Of a DNA stretch of 64,000 nucleotides, positions 18,007 through 28,349 are shown piece by piece; within the stretch, counting starts at the first letter, position 1, and each line of letters starts with the position of its first letter. The stretch comes from Patescibacteria group bacterium (GTDB lineage Bacteria; Patescibacteriota; Minisyncoccia; Phycocordibacterales; Phycocordibacteraceae). Where the stretch lies: positions 5,363-69,362 of the forward strand of contig JBBTSZ010000004.1 in NCBI GenBank assembly GCA_038064495.1. The letters run 5' to 3'. The position numbers and the translations under genes are program-made. The notes under the pieces are model-generated. The model made no database searches. It was not told where the DNA came from and saw only the letters and a list, made by a program, of their open reading frames with translations.

Positions 18007-19172
18007 AAAAGAAACTCATATATCTGAGTCATTGGCGCTTTCCGTCCGAGAAGACCATGACGCCACTCATCATGAAAACTTGCGAAGGCTTCGTGCAGGA
18101 GGGATATGATGTTGAACTCTGGATTCCCACTCGACACAATCCCGAGTTCCATATTCAGGACCCATTTCAAGTCCACAACATCAAAACACAGTTCACGATA
18201 CGCCGATTGTTTGCGATTGACCTCATACGTTTTCTCGGAAGATTCGGTTTCTTGCTTCTCGTCATGTCTTTCAATCTACAGGTTTTTCTACGACTTTTGT
18301 TTGCTGACCGTTCACGCACCATTCTGTATGCGCATGACGTCCGGGATATCCTTTTTCTCACGTACCTTGGATACCCGACCTACATAGAGATACACGACTT
18401 CTACGAAAGCAGACTGCACGCTATAAATCGCATGGTATTTCGTCACACCACGGGGCTTATTGTGACGAATACGTTAAAACTAAAGCATATTGCTGGGACG
18501 TATGGATTTCCTGCTACCGCAATGATTCATCAACCAAACGCTGTTGACTATACATTCTTCAATACCAATCTTAAGCAAGATGAGGCACGCAAGGTACTTG
18601 GATTACCTAACGACAAACGCATCATTCTGTATACTGGGCACTTGTTCTCTTGGAAGGGAGTAGAAACGCTTGCGCTCGCATCCCGCTCTCTGCCAGATGA
18701 TTACCTTGTCTATTTTGTTGGAGGAACACCCCATGACCGAGAGGTACTCAAGGAATTTGTCAGAGAACATTCTCTTCCACGTATTGAGTTCCTTGCACAC
18801 CAGGATCATGCGAGAATCCCACTTTTCTTGAAAGCAGCTGATGTACTTGTTCTACCAAATACTGCAAAGGAAGAGGCCTCACGTCTTGAAACATCACCCG
18901 TTAAATTGTTTGAGTACATGGCATCGGGTGTTCCTATTGTTGCTTCAGATTTGCCGTCCATTCGCGATATCGTGACTGATAATGAGGTCCAATTCTTTGT
19001 TGCTGACGACCCCGAGAGTCTCGCCGAAGCAATCAAGGAAACACTTACGAACCCAGACGAGTCTACTGAGCGTTCTCAGCGTGCAGCAGAGCATGCTAAA
19101 CGACTATCTTGGGAGGCCCGGAGAGCGGCTATTGCGATTCTCATTCGAGAAACAAGTACTATACGCTCGTAG
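18003..19172 (+). CDS. Glycosyltransferase family 4
   Basis: YTGHLFSWKGV; TSPVKLFEYMASGVPIVASDLP. ATG 18003. Confidence 0.9.
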   Translation: MKKKLIYLSHWRFPSEKTMTPLIMKTCEGFVQEGYDVELWIPTRHNPEFHIQDPFQVHNIKTQFTIRRLFAIDLIRFLGRFGFLLLVMSFNLQVFLRLLFADRSRTILYAHDVRDILFLTYLGYPTYIEIHDFYESRLHAINRMVFRHTTGLIVTNTLKLKHIAGTYGFPATAMIHQPNAVDYTFFNTNLKQDEARKVLGLPNDKRIILYTGHLFSWKGVETLALASRSLPDDYLVYFVGGTPHDREVLKEFVREHSLPRIEFLAHQDHARIPLFLKAADVLVLPNTAKEEASRLETSPVKLFEYMASGVPIVASDLPSIRDIVTDNEVQFFVADDPESLAEAIKETLTNPDESTERSQRAAEHAKRLSWEARRAAIAILIRETSTIRS

Positions 19173-19207
19173 TTGCGCTCCTTCGCCTAAATGGATAGCA
19201 TCAACCT

Positions 19208-20434
19208 ATGTCTAAAAAGCTCTTGAAGCCGAGATTCGACGTCTGTGTCATAGGCGGAGCAGGGCATGTGGGACTTCCACTTGGTGTCTCATTCGCGCTT
19301 GCAGGGAAAAGGACCGTCCTTTTGGATATTAACGAAGTGTCGGTTGCTTCAATTATGCGCGGAAAATTTCCCTTCAAAGAAGAAAAAGGAGATGAGCACC
19401 TGAAGAAAGCTTTGAAACAAGGAACGCTTACTGCTGTCACTGGACCAGCGGATGTAATCAGCCAGAGCAAGGTGATTGTAATGGTTGTTGGTACACCGGT
19501 CGATGAATACCTGAATCCACACTTCGGTGCGCTCGAACGCACGCTTGAAAAATATCTACCACACTTCCGGGACGGCCAGGTCTTTATGTTGCGCAGTACG
19601 GTTTTTCCTGGGACTGCAGAGCGTATTCAGAGTTACTTTAAGAAACATCGTCTGACCATTGGTGTTGCATTTTGTCCGGAACGAATCGTGCAGGGCAAGG
19701 CATTCAAGGAATTAAAGGAGATGCCACAAATTATCTCCGCGTTCGATAAAAAGACCTTGTCGAGTGTGCGTGCGCTTTTCAGCAGCATCTCAAATTCTGG
19801 GGTTGTAGAAGTTGAACCGGTAGAAGCTGAGCTCGCAAAACTGTATTCAAATGCTTGGCGGTACATTACGTTTGCTGTGGTGAATCAGTTTTATATGATG
19901 GCGAACGACCTTGGAGTTGATTACACGAACATACATAAGGCAATGACGTTGAATTACGAGCGCAATAAAAATCTCCCGCGCCCGGGATTCACCGCTGGTC
20001 CCTGTTTGTTCAAGGATACGATGCAGTTGGCGGCATTTAATCACAACCGGTTCTTCCTCGGGCATTCGGCAATGCTTATAAATGAAGGACTTCCGCAGTA
20101 CATCATGCAACACGTGAGTGACAGGGTAGGGAGGGACGAACTAAAAAAGAAAACCATAGGAATACTCGGTATGGCATTTAAAGCCGATAGCGATGATCAT
20201 CGAGACTCACTTTCATTCAAACTCCGGAAAGTGGCAAGTCAACATGCACGCGAGGTGCTCTGTCATGATTACTTCCTGGAACGTGATATACTTTCTCCTC
20301 TTGATGAGGTCCTTAAGAAGTCACACATTCTTATTGTGGCGACACCGCATAGTGAATACAAAATGTTACCAAAAAGCGCCCTCAAAGGGAAAGTCGTGAT
20401 TGATATTTGGAATCACCTTCCGTCGTATACATAA
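19208..20434 (+). CDS. UDP-sugar 6-dehydrogenase (WecC/Ugd family)
   Basis: GGAGHVGLP, RSTVFPG, FCPERI, GPCLFKD, LGMAFKADSDDHRDS. Confidence 0.9.
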   Translation: MSKKLLKPRFDVCVIGGAGHVGLPLGVSFALAGKRTVLLDINEVSVASIMRGKFPFKEEKGDEHLKKALKQGTLTAVTGPADVISQSKVIVMVVGTPVDEYLNPHFGALERTLEKYLPHFRDGQVFMLRSTVFPGTAERIQSYFKKHRLTIGVAFCPERIVQGKAFKELKEMPQIISAFDKKTLSSVRALFSSISNSGVVEVEPVEAELAKLYSNAWRYITFAVVNQFYMMANDLGVDYTNIHKAMTLNYERNKNLPRPGFTAGPCLFKDTMQLAAFNHNRFFLGHSAMLINEGLPQYIMQHVSDRVGRDELKKKTIGILGMAFKADSDDHRDSLSFKLRKVASQHAREVLCHDYFLERDILSPLDEVLKKSHILIVATPHSEYKMLPKSALKGKVVIDIWNHLPSYT

Positions 20435-20435
20435 G

Positions 20436-21431
20436 ATGAAAAAAATTCTTATCACTGGCGGAGCAGGATTCATTGGGGGTACGCTTGCAAAGCGTCTTGC
20501 GGGAGAGGGTCATGATATTACCCTTGCAGACAACTTTTTCCGAGGAAAGCGTGATTCTGATTTTGAGGCACTGATTGTACTTGATAATGTGACCCTCATT
20601 GAGGGAGACCTCACCGCGTCGTCTGCATGGGATGCTCTCGGCACTGGGTACGATGAGGTGTACCACCTCGTTGGTATCAATGGAACGAAACTTTTTTATT
20701 CCATTCCTCATGAAGTGCTTCGCATCGGGGTTTCAACGACCATGAACGCGCTTGAGTGGTTCCGTTCTAAAAATGGAAAGCCTGATGCGAAGATACTGTA
20801 CACCTCGTCAAACGAAGCCTACGCGAGCGGATTCGATTTGGGTATTATCCCGATTCCAACTCCGGAAACAGCCCCCCTCATCATCAGCGATACTTACAAT
20901 GCGCGCTGGTCCTATGGAGGTCAGAAATTGATCGGCGAGCTGTTTTTCATTAACTACTCTCGAGCATACAACTTCCGTATGTCTATCGTGCGCCCCCATA
21001 ATTTCTATGGACCTCGTGCAGGCTATGATCATGTTATTCCTGAGATTATCGGACGTATTGAGGCAAGAGTAGAACCGTTTCCTATCTTCGGCACAGGAGA
21101 AACGCGCTCATTCTGTTATATCGAAGACGCTGCAGAGGCGATTCAAAAGGTGATGGAATCGAAAACGACAGATGGTGGAACCTATCACATTGGCACCTCT
21201 GAAGAAACAGAGATTCAAGGTCTTGTTGAAAAACTCTTTGAACTCGCTGGGTGGAAGCCAGGAGAGCTCGATATACAGGCTTCACCGGAGGGAAGTGTGA
21301 AGCGCCGTCTTGCGGATGTATCTAAAATCGAACGCGATACCGGGTGGAAAGCCTCAACACCACTACAAGAAGGACTTACGAAGACACTTGAATGGTATCG
21401 TGCACATCCTAAGCCCAAGGAGAAATCCTAA
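20436..21431 (+). CDS. NAD-dependent nucleotide-sugar epimerase/dehydratase
   Basis: TGGAGFIG, YGGQK, RPHNFYGPR, RSFCYIED. Confidence 0.9.
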   Translation: MKKILITGGAGFIGGTLAKRLAGEGHDITLADNFFRGKRDSDFEALIVLDNVTLIEGDLTASSAWDALGTGYDEVYHLVGINGTKLFYSIPHEVLRIGVSTTMNALEWFRSKNGKPDAKILYTSSNEAYASGFDLGIIPIPTPETAPLIISDTYNARWSYGGQKLIGELFFINYSRAYNFRMSIVRPHNFYGPRAGYDHVIPEIIGRIEARVEPFPIFGTGETRSFCYIEDAAEAIQKVMESKTTDGGTYHIGTSEETEIQGLVEKLFELAGWKPGELDIQASPEGSVKRRLADVSKIERDTGWKASTPLQEGLTKTLEWYRAHPKPKEKS

Positions 21432-22359
21432 CGCGCTTTCCCGTTTTCGCAGATTTCTGGAACGCCTCCGTAATTGCTACTGATGCAATTCCGTCCGCGA
21501 GTGTTGCAAGTGAAGTCTTCTTTCCTGCAAGCTCTTTCAGGAATGATTGGATCGTTCTCTCGTACAGCTCTGCTGGAACATGTGTGAATATATCGCGAAT
21601 TTCAATAACACCTTTCGTTCCATACAACACGACACGGTTATCGCTATTTGGTACTGACTTACTCGTCATAACATACACAGCAGCACCATTTGAAAGTGTG
21701 AGAACTCCGAGAGCGGTACGGTCTACGGTGGTAGGGGTTGCATCAGACTTAGCGAGTACCGAGATCACCTCCTTTCCCGTAAGGAATCGTATGAGATCAA
21801 ACAAGTGTGAACCACGTGTTGGGAGCGAACCCCCTCCAGACTCTTTCGGATCTTCTCGCCATCGCATATGCGGAGGAAGGGAAGGGGTTTTTCCTTCAAG
21901 TCCTCCTACAGCCCACACGAACTCCCCGTACAGGAGTGTCCCAATCTTTCCTTTTTGTATATCTCTTTGAGCCTTCAGTACGCTTGGGTGCATACGCAAT
22001 TGAAAATCCACAAATCCTTTCACGCGATTCTTTTTTGCCGCTGTGCGAATACGTTTCGCTTCGCTCAGTGTCCGAGCCAGCGGCTTCTCTATAAGGAATG
22101 GTTTTTTACACTCGGCGACAGCTATCGCGTCAGATGCATGAAGATGGTTTGCGCTTGCTACCAGTACAGCATCTACATCTTCCAACGTGGAGATGGAAGA
22201 TGTTCCGTGTATCTTTCGTATCTTTGTAAACTCCGCAAGTCGTTTTTCTGAACGGCTCACGGTACAGGTAAGAATCACCCCTTTCGTTTTTGAGGTTGCG
22301 TCTGTAAGACGTTCACCTTGAAGACCGAGACCGATGAGTGCGATGCGTACCAAGAGCAT
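21409..22359 (-). CDS. Gfo/Idh/MocA oxidoreductase
   Basis: RIALIGLGLQG, IEKPLA, GGG...GSHLFD. Start moved to ATG 22359, which has TATACT 7 nt upstream. Confidence 0.85.
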   Translation of the reverse strand: MLLVRIALIGLGLQGERLTDATSKTKGVILTCTVSRSEKRLAEFTKIRKIHGTSSISTLEDVDAVLVASANHLHASDAIAVAECKKPFLIEKPLARTLSEAKRIRTAAKKNRVKGFVDFQLRMHPSVLKAQRDIQKGKIGTLLYGEFVWAVGGLEGKTPSLPPHMRWREDPKESGGGSLPTRGSHLFDLIRFLTGKEVISVLAKSDATPTTVDRTALGVLTLSNGAAVYVMTSKSVPNSDNRVVLYGTKGVIEIRDIFTHVPAELYERTIQSFLKELAGKKTSLATLADGIASVAITEAFQKSAKTGKRVRISPWA

Positions 22360-22461
22360 GCTATCCAGTATACCGAAAGAGATTACGGGATAGGTATTAT
22401 TGACAAATGGTATTAATTCTGATATAGTTAATACAGACTTCATTACACGAGGAGACATAGA

Positions 22462-22857
22462 GTGCCTGGTCATATAGCAGAACTGGTAGCCATCGGTCAC
22501 CAAGATGGACGACGAACAATTTACGACCTCATCACTGGCGGAGATGCTGGGGGAGGTGAGGAGCTTTCAAATCTGGCCTACTTCAGCCCGCTACGTGCAG
22601 GAATGTCCATCGGCAGGCACTACCACGAAAAGATGTGGGAAACCTATCTCATTCTTTCCGGCCAGGGTCAGTTTTCGCTCATTGATATTGATTCGGGCGA
22701 ATCTGAACGGATTGAAATAACACAGGTTCCGTTTCGGATAACGGTACCCCCGCGTCACGCCCACACGCTTCTGGCACGGACTGAAATGACACTGCTCATC
22801 GCAGCAACCGGAGAAGTGTCAGACGCAGATATGATTCCGTATCCCACGCACGCCTGA
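22462..22857 (+). CDS. Cupin protein (WxcM/FdtA-like sugar isomerase)
   Basis: GRHYHEKMWETY and VPPRHAH cupin motifs. Confidence 0.7.
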   Translation: MPGHIAELVAIGHQDGRRTIYDLITGGDAGGGEELSNLAYFSPLRAGMSIGRHYHEKMWETYLILSGQGQFSLIDIDSGESERIEITQVPFRITVPPRHAHTLLARTEMTLLIAATGEVSDADMIPYPTHA

Positions 22858-22896
22858 CGACATTCAGAAGTGCGGATAGGAATCTCACTAAACGTG

Positions 22897-22922
22897 TAGG
22901 CCGGCTCGTGAGAGCCGGCCTA
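22897..22922. terminator. Hairpin between convergent genes
   Basis: TAGGCCGGCTC-gtga-GAGCCGGCCTA followed by tttcattt. Confidence 0.7.
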
Positions 22923-22928
22923 TTTCAT

Positions 22929-24173
22929 TTATATAACCTTTGTTTTAGGGAGGGGAAGTATGAATTTTCCTTTGTAGCCGAGTTTCTTCATGAGAGCAAC
23001 GAGCTCTGTGCCAATGTGCCAGGAGAGTACGAGTGCGTACTCTGGTTGCTCAGCGAATAGTCGGGATTCGTCAACCACTGGAACGTGCGTACCTGGCGTA
23101 TACATACCAATCTTTGGTGAGCCCTTTTTTTCACACGCATAGTCAAGTATGGAATCATCGATATTGCAGAAACCAAGCAGAGTATTTGAGCGAGCTGAGC
23201 TGGTAAGGCCCACAATCCGCTTACCACTTTTCTTCAACGCAAGAAGGGTCGATACCAGGTCATACTTTGCCTGGTATACCTTTTTAGAAAATGCGAGTAA
23301 CTTTTTCTCGTCATTGATACCTGCCGTTGTCTCACGTGCAAGCAATTTCTTTGCACGGGCGCTCATCGGATGCGTACCTTTCTTTGCATAGACACGTATT
23401 GAACCACCTGCCGCAGAGATATGTTCTGCATCAATAACGGAAAGCCCATGTTTGTTGAGTAAGTAGGTAATTGTTTTTAACGAGTAAAAGCGAAGATGTT
23501 CGTGATAGACCGTATCAAACTCAAGTTTTTCGACGATGTCCATAAGATACTGGGACTCAGACACGAAAACACTTTTTGGACCCATGAGACTTTTCACATT
23601 CTGTACCAGAGAGGCAGTATCGTTGATGTGAGCAAACACATTTGTTGCTGTCACCACTTTTGCCGTGCCGTATTTCTTCTTGATTTTCTTCACGGTACTG
23701 CTGCTGAAATATTCCTGATAGGTAGGAATACCATTTTTGTTCGCACTCTTCGCAGCGTCCGTTGGTTCAACGCCAACAACACGTGCACCACGGGCTTTGA
23801 ACGGTTTCAGGAGTGTGCCGTCATTTGAACCAATATCAACAACGAGCCCGCCCGCCGTGTATGCTTTCTCATCTTCAAGTCCTCCGGCAAGTGATTCAAA
23901 GTTTCGAATTAGCATGTTCGTAAGTCCGGTGCGATAGGGGTATTGTCGCGGAAAGACCTTTCTTGGATCCACGATGTAACTAAGTTGTACGAGCCCGCAT
24001 TTCCTACAGCGCACGAGTTCGAGTGGATACGTTTCTTCAAGACCTGAAAGGTCGGCTTTTGTAAGATATTCCTGAACAATAGGTTGATGGCCAAGTGAGA
24101 GAATGGATATAAGGCGTGAACTACTGCAGACTTGGCACGTCGTAACGGGGCCAATATGAAGGGGTTTTTTCAT
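22929..24173 (-). CDS. NDP-hexose C-methyltransferase
   Basis: N-terminal CxxC..CxxCGLVQL zinc site, DIGSNDGTLL, NVFAH, FDTVYHEH, KIGMYTPGTHVPV. Confidence 0.9.
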   Translation of the reverse strand: MKKPLHIGPVTTCQVCSSSRLISILSLGHQPIVQEYLTKADLSGLEETYPLELVRCRKCGLVQLSYIVDPRKVFPRQYPYRTGLTNMLIRNFESLAGGLEDEKAYTAGGLVVDIGSNDGTLLKPFKARGARVVGVEPTDAAKSANKNGIPTYQEYFSSSTVKKIKKKYGTAKVVTATNVFAHINDTASLVQNVKSLMGPKSVFVSESQYLMDIVEKLEFDTVYHEHLRFYSLKTITYLLNKHGLSVIDAEHISAAGGSIRVYAKKGTHPMSARAKKLLARETTAGINDEKKLLAFSKKVYQAKYDLVSTLLALKKSGKRIVGLTSSARSNTLLGFCNIDDSILDYACEKKGSPKIGMYTPGTHVPVVDESRLFAEQPEYALVLSWHIGTELVALMKKLGYKGKFILPLPKTKVI

Positions 24174-24274
24174 AGGGAGGGATATTGGTAGCGGGTGTCA
24201 AAACTGTAGCATGGCCTCGAGGTGCGTGCAGTATGTGATAGACGCTCCTTCGGACGACCCGTATAGTACTTCGT

Positions 24275-25105
24275 ATGCGCGTATCGGTTGTACTTCCGGC
24301 TATTGACGAAACAAGATCTCTTCTTGAGACAGTCACTGTGGTAGAGGAGAAACTCAAGAAACATGAGGTGACGTATGTCATTGTCACTTCACCAAAACTC
24401 ACAACGAAAGGGTGCCGCAACGCCATTAGAAATCTTACTGACACGTACGGTTCAGCCATCGACCATTTTGAACAGAGCCTTCCAGGTGTTGGTGGCGCGC
24501 TTCAAGAGGCGTTCGCACGAGCGGACGGAGAGGTCGTTGTCCTGATGACTTCAGACCAAGAGACACCGCCGCAAGTAGTTGGGGAAATGGTTGCAAAAAT
24601 AGAAGAGGGATACGATATGGCAACGGCAACCAGATGGCGTAAGGGGATCGCCTTTAATGGGTATCCGCCGATAAAGCTCCTACTGAATTTCTGCTATCAG
24701 CAAGTCTTCCGTATTCTGTATCTAACGAGGTTGTCGGATCTGACCTATGGGTATCGTGCTATGCGTGGCGATAAACTCCACGCAATTAAGTGGGAAGAAC
24801 TACGCCACCCATTCTTTTTTGAGACACTATTGAAACCACTTCGACTTGGATACCGTATCGCTGAAGTAGATGCTCCGTGGGCTCTGTTCACGACGCGTAA
24901 AGCAGACAGACATCGCGGGAAAACCGACGATCTCTTGTCATATATAAAAAAAATAGGCATACCCTATACCCTGATGGGTTTACGGATTCGCTTTACTTCG
25001 CGGAGACACCTCCTTAGTACTGGAAGCATGGTATCGCCAAATCCACAGTCTGTACCACGTGTAATTCCAGAAAAAACTAAGGATAATACTTCCACCATAC
25101 GCTAG
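24275..25105 (+). CDS. GT2 polyprenol-phosphate glycosyltransferase (GtrB/DPM1-like)
   Basis: SVVLPAIDE, GVGGAL, MTSDQETPP, ATRW, SDLTYGYR. Confidence 0.8.
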   Translation: MRVSVVLPAIDETRSLLETVTVVEEKLKKHEVTYVIVTSPKLTTKGCRNAIRNLTDTYGSAIDHFEQSLPGVGGALQEAFARADGEVVVLMTSDQETPPQVVGEMVAKIEEGYDMATATRWRKGIAFNGYPPIKLLLNFCYQQVFRILYLTRLSDLTYGYRAMRGDKLHAIKWEELRHPFFFETLLKPLRLGYRIAEVDAPWALFTTRKADRHRGKTDDLLSYIKKIGIPYTLMGLRIRFTSRRHLLSTGSMVSPNPQSVPRVIPEKTKDNTSTIR

Positions 25106-25450
25106 GTGGAGCAAGACAATGTCAGTGGTGGCATTCTCCGTAAGATATACACAGATGAACTGAATAAGAACCGCTCCTGATACTACGAGGTGAAAGCGAG
25201 CGAGACGCATCAGCACTGAATGTCTCGTGGCAATATCACCAAAAGCAAACCAGTTATTCAAAGTGAAGTTAAGAAGAATACCAGCTTCTGCACCGATAAC
25301 CGTTGCTACCGATGGAGCGACGAGTCCCAACCAGATTGCGAGTATCTCAAATATTGCGGTTTGGAGCATAACGCTCAGACCTCCAGATAGAAGAGAACGT
25401 ATCACGCGTCGAGAGAGAAGGGTAGTACAGAATAGAGTGACCTGATGCAT
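24980..25450 (-). CDS. GtrA-family flippase
   Basis: Four TM helices; NFTLNNWFAF and FWNYTWYRLWIW. Start ATG 25450 has TATACT 9 nt upstream. Confidence 0.85.
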   Translation of the reverse strand: MHQVTLFCTTLLSRRVIRSLLSGGLSVMLQTAIFEILAIWLGLVAPSVATVIGAEAGILLNFTLNNWFAFGDIATRHSVLMRLARFHLVVSGAVLIQFICVYLTENATTDIVLLHLAYGGSIILSFFWNYTWYRLWIWRYHASSTKEVSPRSKANP

Positions 25451-25492
25451 GTGTTCTAGAGTATAGCTGAAGCAGGGTATACTACGCGTACT

Positions 25493-27310
25493 ATGCCTGA
25501 ACAGAGGAGTCTTCGCGTACGCGCGGGGCTGTGGATACAAGCAAATAAAGGGTTTTGCACGGCTCTCGCTTTTATACTTGCCGTCATGCTCGTGCCGACT
25601 ATTTTGCCGAGAATTATTCTTGGCGAGGACTACAAGGACGTTCCAGTTGCATTTACTGATGCTGCGATGTACCAAGCGCATGTTGCACACGTGGGGAGAG
25701 GACACCTGAGTGATGGGAATCCCTATCTCTTAGAACATGCTCATGAACCTGCACTGGTCATCTTCCTTGGAGACTATCTCCATGCACTCCCCTTATTTGT
25801 CGGAGTCCCGCTCGTTCCGACTTTGTTTCTAAACCTCCTTGTGTTTAGTCTTTTGTTCGCAATCTCATTTTATCTCCTGTTTCTCAGACTTGGTGTTGGT
25901 CGCAATAAATCTGCACTCGGCGTAGCTCTCCTCTACCTCCTTTTCTTCAGCCACATAGACCGACCGAGCAATATGCAGCCGTTCCTCCCACTTCTTGCAC
26001 TGTTCTATATCGGTCTTCTCGGAATGTTAGAGGCCCCAACGAAACGATCAATTGCTCTGGTTGCAACTACGCTCGGTGCAATGTTCTATTTTTATTCATA
26101 CCTATGGCAATCATTTGTTATTTCGCTCGGCCTCCTTTTCCTATATGCGCTCGTTCGCAAACAAAAAGAACGAGTAAAAGGGACCGTACTTGCTGGTAGT
26201 AGCGGGGTGCTCATCGGCCTCCCGTCGCTCTTCTATATTCTTTGGCTTTCACACACCTCGCCATACTTTTGGGAGAGCATTGGTCGGTACGGTCTCGTAG
26301 AAACACATTTACCGATGATGGAAGCACTGTACTCTGGCGGATGGGTATGGTTTGCACTCTGCCTTCTCAGTATTCTTCTGTGGCGTGTGAAAGTGCTTCG
26401 AAACGACTCTTTTTTTACGAGGCTCTCAGTGTTCTTTTTTGTTTCCGGCTTTGGTCTCTGGTTCATGCAAGTCAGTAATGTACTTACGGGAAAACTTCTT
26501 GAGAATGCTCAGCACATGGTGTACTTCATTGCTGCTTGGCTCATTCTTTTTGTATTTGCGATGGGAGCGAGACTGTACGATTTTCGACATCTCCTGACGC
26601 GCAGATTACAGGCTCTCGTTTTTTTCAGTCTTCTGTTACTTACGCTCGTTTCGCTCAATAACCTATACCGATATTACGTACTAAATTATATTCGTGACCC
26701 TCTGACAGCGAGACTTACCGACATTTGGCGAACCCAACAACTTTCCCAAGCACCGCTTGCCTATATCGACGCACACGAAACAGATCCTGTTGTTATATGG
26801 GAAGACCCACACGACATGAGTACGTGGGACACACCAGTTCTTTCGCGTGATTATGTGTTGTTTGCGACGCCAGCTATGTGGCATCTCGTACCAGACGGTG
26901 AACTCGTAGAGCGATTTCTGGTAGCAGAGTACTTTGCTACTCCAACAGAGGAAAGTCTTAAGAAAGATGTGGATCTCTATCTTGGACGTCAGTGGGCATT
27001 CCACAAAGCAAAGACCATTGAACGTCGCATAAAGCTCTGTCGTATTCTCCATCACCTTACGAACCCATCTTATGATTGCGGTACCGTACCCTCATCAGTG
27101 GACGTCATAGGAGAAGAACGATTTGTCGAGTGGGAACGCAAATTCACAAGTGATATCAAGCCACATATACTCGACTACCTCGCAAAGTATCACGTCTCCT
27201 ATATCTTGAAGGATGTACTCTCTCATCCTGAATATCAGCCGGAGAAACTCGGAGCCAAGAAGGTATATGAAGATGGACGGTTTGAGCTATGGAAACTAGC
27301 GAACCAGTAG
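25493..27310 (+). CDS. Multi-pass membrane protein, probable GT-C glycosyltransferase
   Basis: About 11-13 TM helices, acidic first loop (FTDAAMY..GNPYLLEH), soluble C-terminal domain ending YHVSYIL..KKVYEDGRFELWK. Adjacent to GtrA and GT2. Confidence 0.6.
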   Translation: MPEQRSLRVRAGLWIQANKGFCTALAFILAVMLVPTILPRIILGEDYKDVPVAFTDAAMYQAHVAHVGRGHLSDGNPYLLEHAHEPALVIFLGDYLHALPLFVGVPLVPTLFLNLLVFSLLFAISFYLLFLRLGVGRNKSALGVALLYLLFFSHIDRPSNMQPFLPLLALFYIGLLGMLEAPTKRSIALVATTLGAMFYFYSYLWQSFVISLGLLFLYALVRKQKERVKGTVLAGSSGVLIGLPSLFYILWLSHTSPYFWESIGRYGLVETHLPMMEALYSGGWVWFALCLLSILLWRVKVLRNDSFFTRLSVFFFVSGFGLWFMQVSNVLTGKLLENAQHMVYFIAAWLILFVFAMGARLYDFRHLLTRRLQALVFFSLLLLTLVSLNNLYRYYVLNYIRDPLTARLTDIWRTQQLSQAPLAYIDAHETDPVVIWEDPHDMSTWDTPVLSRDYVLFATPAMWHLVPDGELVERFLVAEYFATPTEESLKKDVDLYLGRQWAFHKAKTIERRIKLCRILHHLTNPSYDCGTVPSSVDVIGEERFVEWERKFTSDIKPHILDYLAKYHVSYILKDVLSHPEYQPEKLGAKKVYEDGRFELWKLANQ

Positions 27311-27326
27311 GTCAGAATTAGTATCT

Positions 27327-28349
27327 ATGAAGATTAAGAAAGCGCTGACATTTCGGGCTTCCTCCATAGGAGACTGTCTTATGGGAAAGTATTTGCTTGA
27401 AAATATACATCAGGCCTATCCTGACGCACGTTGCGGAATCGTCGTCGGCAGTCGTGGCTCGATGATACGTGACTTGCTAGCTGACTATCCCTGGATAGAA
27501 GTGATTGAAGCGAATCGGAAGAGTCCGAAAGCTTTGCTTACACTGATACGCACCTACTGGAGAAGTGACCTTGTCACGACCTTGTACACGGGCGGAAAAC
27601 TTAATCTCTCAACCAAACTCGTCGCACGTTTACTTGCGAAGCGAGGAAGTCTCGTAGGATTCACCGACACCTCGCCAGCTAATAGATTCCTGTTTGATAT
27701 CACATTACCAACTCATGGACGGGACGGTGTGCCGCGCCTCCACGAGCTTGCCGTACTTACCGCAATGCATATTCCTGTCGGTATAACGTGGATGAGGTAC
27801 TCCTATATCCCACAGAGGGAACTCTTGCCTCGGTTACAACTTACTGAAAAAACGTATGTTGTTGTAGGACTTTTTTCTGGAGCTGACGCTAGAGGACTTT
27901 CGCCAAAGCGTAAACAAGACCTCATTGAGGCACTTGCGCGTTCATTCCCAAATCATAAATTGGTTTTCACTGGCACTCCTACTGAACGTGCAAAACTTGC
28001 TGAGCTTCACGTGCCACCAACCGCAGTTATTGCTGAAACAACAGTGCAAGAAGCAGCAGCACTTATTGCTGCTTCGGTGGGCATGGTCTCACTTGGCACT
28101 GGAACGTCTCATATCGCGGCCCTCCTGCACGTTCCACTCGTGGTCATGGTTGCTTGTCAGGGTCGCCAATGGGTTGGTCCGGAACAATTCGGTGACGCTC
28201 CCGTACGTGTTTTCTCAAACCCGAGCGCCTGTCCACCAGAAGGACACGACTATTCAGGCTACGCGCCGTGTATCAATACGATAGATATGGATACTCTTAG
28301 TAAGAGTGCACAACAATTATTCCTTAGTACGGAGACACCTTCTGTGTAA
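27327..28349 (+). CDS. Glycosyltransferase family 9
   Basis: RASSIGD; GTGTSHIAALLHVPLV; C..PCINTID. Confidence 0.8.
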   Translation: MKIKKALTFRASSIGDCLMGKYLLENIHQAYPDARCGIVVGSRGSMIRDLLADYPWIEVIEANRKSPKALLTLIRTYWRSDLVTTLYTGGKLNLSTKLVARLLAKRGSLVGFTDTSPANRFLFDITLPTHGRDGVPRLHELAVLTAMHIPVGITWMRYSYIPQRELLPRLQLTEKTYVVVGLFSGADARGLSPKRKQDLIEALARSFPNHKLVFTGTPTERAKLAELHVPPTAVIAETTVQEAAALIAASVGMVSLGTGTSHIAALLHVPLVVMVACQGRQWVGPEQFGDAPVRVFSNPSACPPEGHDYSGYAPCINTIDMDTLSKSAQQLFLSTETPSV

